From positions 60,001 to 92,000 of the forward strand of contig NC_014731.1 of assembly GCF_000172995.2 (NCBI RefSeq): a stretch of DNA of 32,000 nt, in the 5' to 3' direction. The stretch's first letter is position 1, and each line of letters starts with the position of its first letter. Source of the DNA: Halogeometricum borinquense DSM 11551. Lineage in GTDB: Archaea; Halobacteriota; Halobacteria; Halobacteriales; Haloferacaceae. The translations under genes were made by a program, and so were the position numbers. The notes under the pieces are model-generated. The model had not been told where the DNA came from. It worked only from the letters and a program-made list of their open reading frames with translations, and searched no databases. Shown here piece by piece: positions 30,877 to 32,000 of this stretch.

Positions 30877-31311
30877 AAATACAGCGAGCGCGTCTTGACA
30901 CTCATCGAAGCAAAACTCGGCGATTTCGTCCGTCAAACGCAGAGTTAGGCCTCGGTCCAGGTTCAGCCTCGTATTGACAGATAGTTGGTTTACACGATAG
31001 TGACCCTCTTTCCACGAGTTAGTAGAGTGAAGACGACTGGTCGAATGGCACTCGCGGCTTATTCGGTCAACTGGCTGTTTGCTTGCATATGCGTCGAACC
31101 AAGCGTTTTCAGATTGCTTGAGCACTCTGCTTGTACTCCCAGAATTCATCAGCTGAGATCGTCAGCCGCTTTTCGTTGTGGTCGTTCATCTCCATAGGCG
31201 AAAGCCACCGAGTACGTCCGACAGAGCCGCTACCCTCAACGATATGTACTCGAACTGTTCACACTGACAAGCGTCCACACAGTTATCCGAATCGGGCACC
31301 TACTTGTAAGG

Positions 31312-31644
31312 ATGCCAGACGACAAACGAAGCCAAGACGAGAACAAAGACAACGAGCAGCCACAACAACCAGATCGGAAGCAAGAGAAGGTACGTGACCG
31401 CGCCCACGAAGACAGAGCAATGAGCGGCGACCCCGGTGGGCGGCTTGGTGACCTCGATGAGGCACTCGAAATCCAGAACTACCCAACCACGACCGAGGAA
31501 CTGGTTGAGGCCTACGGAGACTACGAGATCGAAACACAAGGCGGAACAGAATCACTCGAAGAAGTGCTTGCCTCAACTAAGAACCAAACGTACGACTCCG
31601 CTGACGATGTTCGAAGTCGAATACTGGGACTAATACATCGCTAA
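31312..31644 (+). CDS. Small conserved haloarchaeal protein (DUF5789/DUF2795-like, from memory)
   Basis: Highly charged N-terminus, then LGDLDEALEIQNYPTTTEELVEAYGDYEIETQGGTESLEEVLAS...YDSADDVRSRILGLIHR, a pattern I recall from a conserved haloarchaeal family. TTATCC lies 23 nt upstream of ATG 31312. Internal ATG 31420 is an alternative start. Confidence 0.6.
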   Translation: MPDDKRSQDENKDNEQPQQPDRKQEKVRDRAHEDRAMSGDPGGRLGDLDEALEIQNYPTTTEELVEAYGDYEIETQGGTESLEEVLASTKNQTYDSADDVRSRILGLIHR

Positions 31645-31821
31645 CCGCTGTCGTTCGGGTATCCACTATTGCCCGTCAACTCTCTATGTACTCTGAACTA
31701 GCTCTCCGCCTGACGCTTCGGGTATCGCTCTAGGAGTTCCGCAACACCGTCGCACGCGACATACGAAATCGACATCTGACTTCCCACGACACCATCTTCC
31801 TCGTTCCGCTGGAGTCCTCCG

Positions 31822-32000
31822 TTACTGAGCCAATTCACGTGCTTCGCTCGCTCCGTGAGATTGTAGCATCCGCGGCGACCCACCGCTCTGAATGACGTTG
31901 AACGCCCGCATCATGTCTGTCCGAGAAATGATTCCAACGAGATCACCGGCATCGTTGACGACCGGTAGTCGACCAACGCCGTTCTGCTGCATCTGCTGGA
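31822..32000 (-). CDS. 3' end of a CBS-domain protein gene (partial, continues beyond the window)
   Basis: Hand translation of the minus strand from 31998 gives QQMQQNGVGRLPVVNDAGDLVGIISRTDMMRAFNVIQSGGSPRMLQSHGASEARELAQ*, stop at 31824..31822. GRLPVV.....LVGIISRTD is a classic CBS motif. It is absent from the ORF track because it has no start codon in the window. Confidence 0.6.
   Translation of the reverse strand, partial: QQMQQNGVGRLPVVNDAGDLVGIISRTDMMRAFNVIQSGGSPRMLQSHGASEARELAQ

Noticed and set aside
30766-31189. 127-aa minus-strand ORF (30766-31149) and a 26-codon RHH-like ORF (31109-31189), possibly a frameshifted gene.
   Set aside because: The long ORF overlaps the acidic plus-strand gene 30520-30876 and has a non-halophilic composition. 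The short ORF is too small to call. I could not reconstruct a convincing single reading frame, so I mention it only as a possible remnant in a finding.
31698-31883. 61-aa minus-strand ORF overlapping the end of the CBS-domain gene.
   Set aside because: It is in a different frame from the CBS-domain reading frame, which has a clear motif and stops at 31822. The product is unremarkable, so it is probably spurious.
1-32000. Search by eye for tRNA/rRNA genes, CRISPR repeat arrays, IS elements or transposases, integrases and known defence-system genes.
   Set aside because: I saw no regularly spaced direct repeats, no cloverleaf-like GC-rich ~75-nt segments in the intergenic gaps, no DDE/HUH/tyrosine-recombinase-like ORFs, and no nuclease/helicase/ATPase sets typical of defence islands. 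Absence by eye is not proof; tRNAscan, Infernal, CRISPR finders and defence HMMs should be run.

Overview
This looks like haloarchaeal DNA. Hand-sampled coding stretches are about 63% G+C, predicted proteins are strongly acidic, several have twin-arginine lipoprotein signals, and TATA-like boxes sit 21-27 nt upstream of many ATGs, implying leaderless mRNAs. I call 30 protein-coding genes. I found no rRNA, tRNA, CRISPR array or recognisable transposase.

Content from left to right:
- Sugar ABC transporter genes (1-2717).
- A 14-kb block (2829-16741) with five Gfo/Idh/MocA oxidoreductases, two xylose-isomerase-like TIM-barrel proteins, a DgaE/SelA-like PLP enzyme, RidA, a PIG-L deacetylase, a Zn alcohol dehydrogenase, a GATase1-like protein and an MFS permease.
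- An orc1/cdc6 gene that interrupts this block, preceded by inverted ORB-like elements (candidate replication origin, 8970-9204).
- A ~330-bp island of about 31% G+C (16795-17125).
- An AGE-family epimerase.
- A thiolase paired with a cysteine-free HMG-CoA-synthase-like/DUF35 fusion.
- An orphan siderophore/cobalamin-type binding protein and an unknown Tat lipoprotein, transcribed divergently from a region with two copies of a GGCGTGCCTAA-core palindromic motif.
- A cytoplasmic GH3 glycosidase.
- A TrkA-C-rich block: an Lrp/AsnC-TrkA-C regulator, TrkA, and an SLC13 permease with two TrkA-C domains.
- A lower-GC tail with small acidic orphan genes.

The best candidate for something undescribed is the multi-oxidoreductase/TIM-barrel/PLP-lyase/RidA/deacetylase cluster. 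It looks like an archaeal oxidative keto-sugar, amino-sugar or glycoside breakdown route, and it matches no complete pathway I can name. All functional calls come from motif recognition by eye and need HMM or structure searches.
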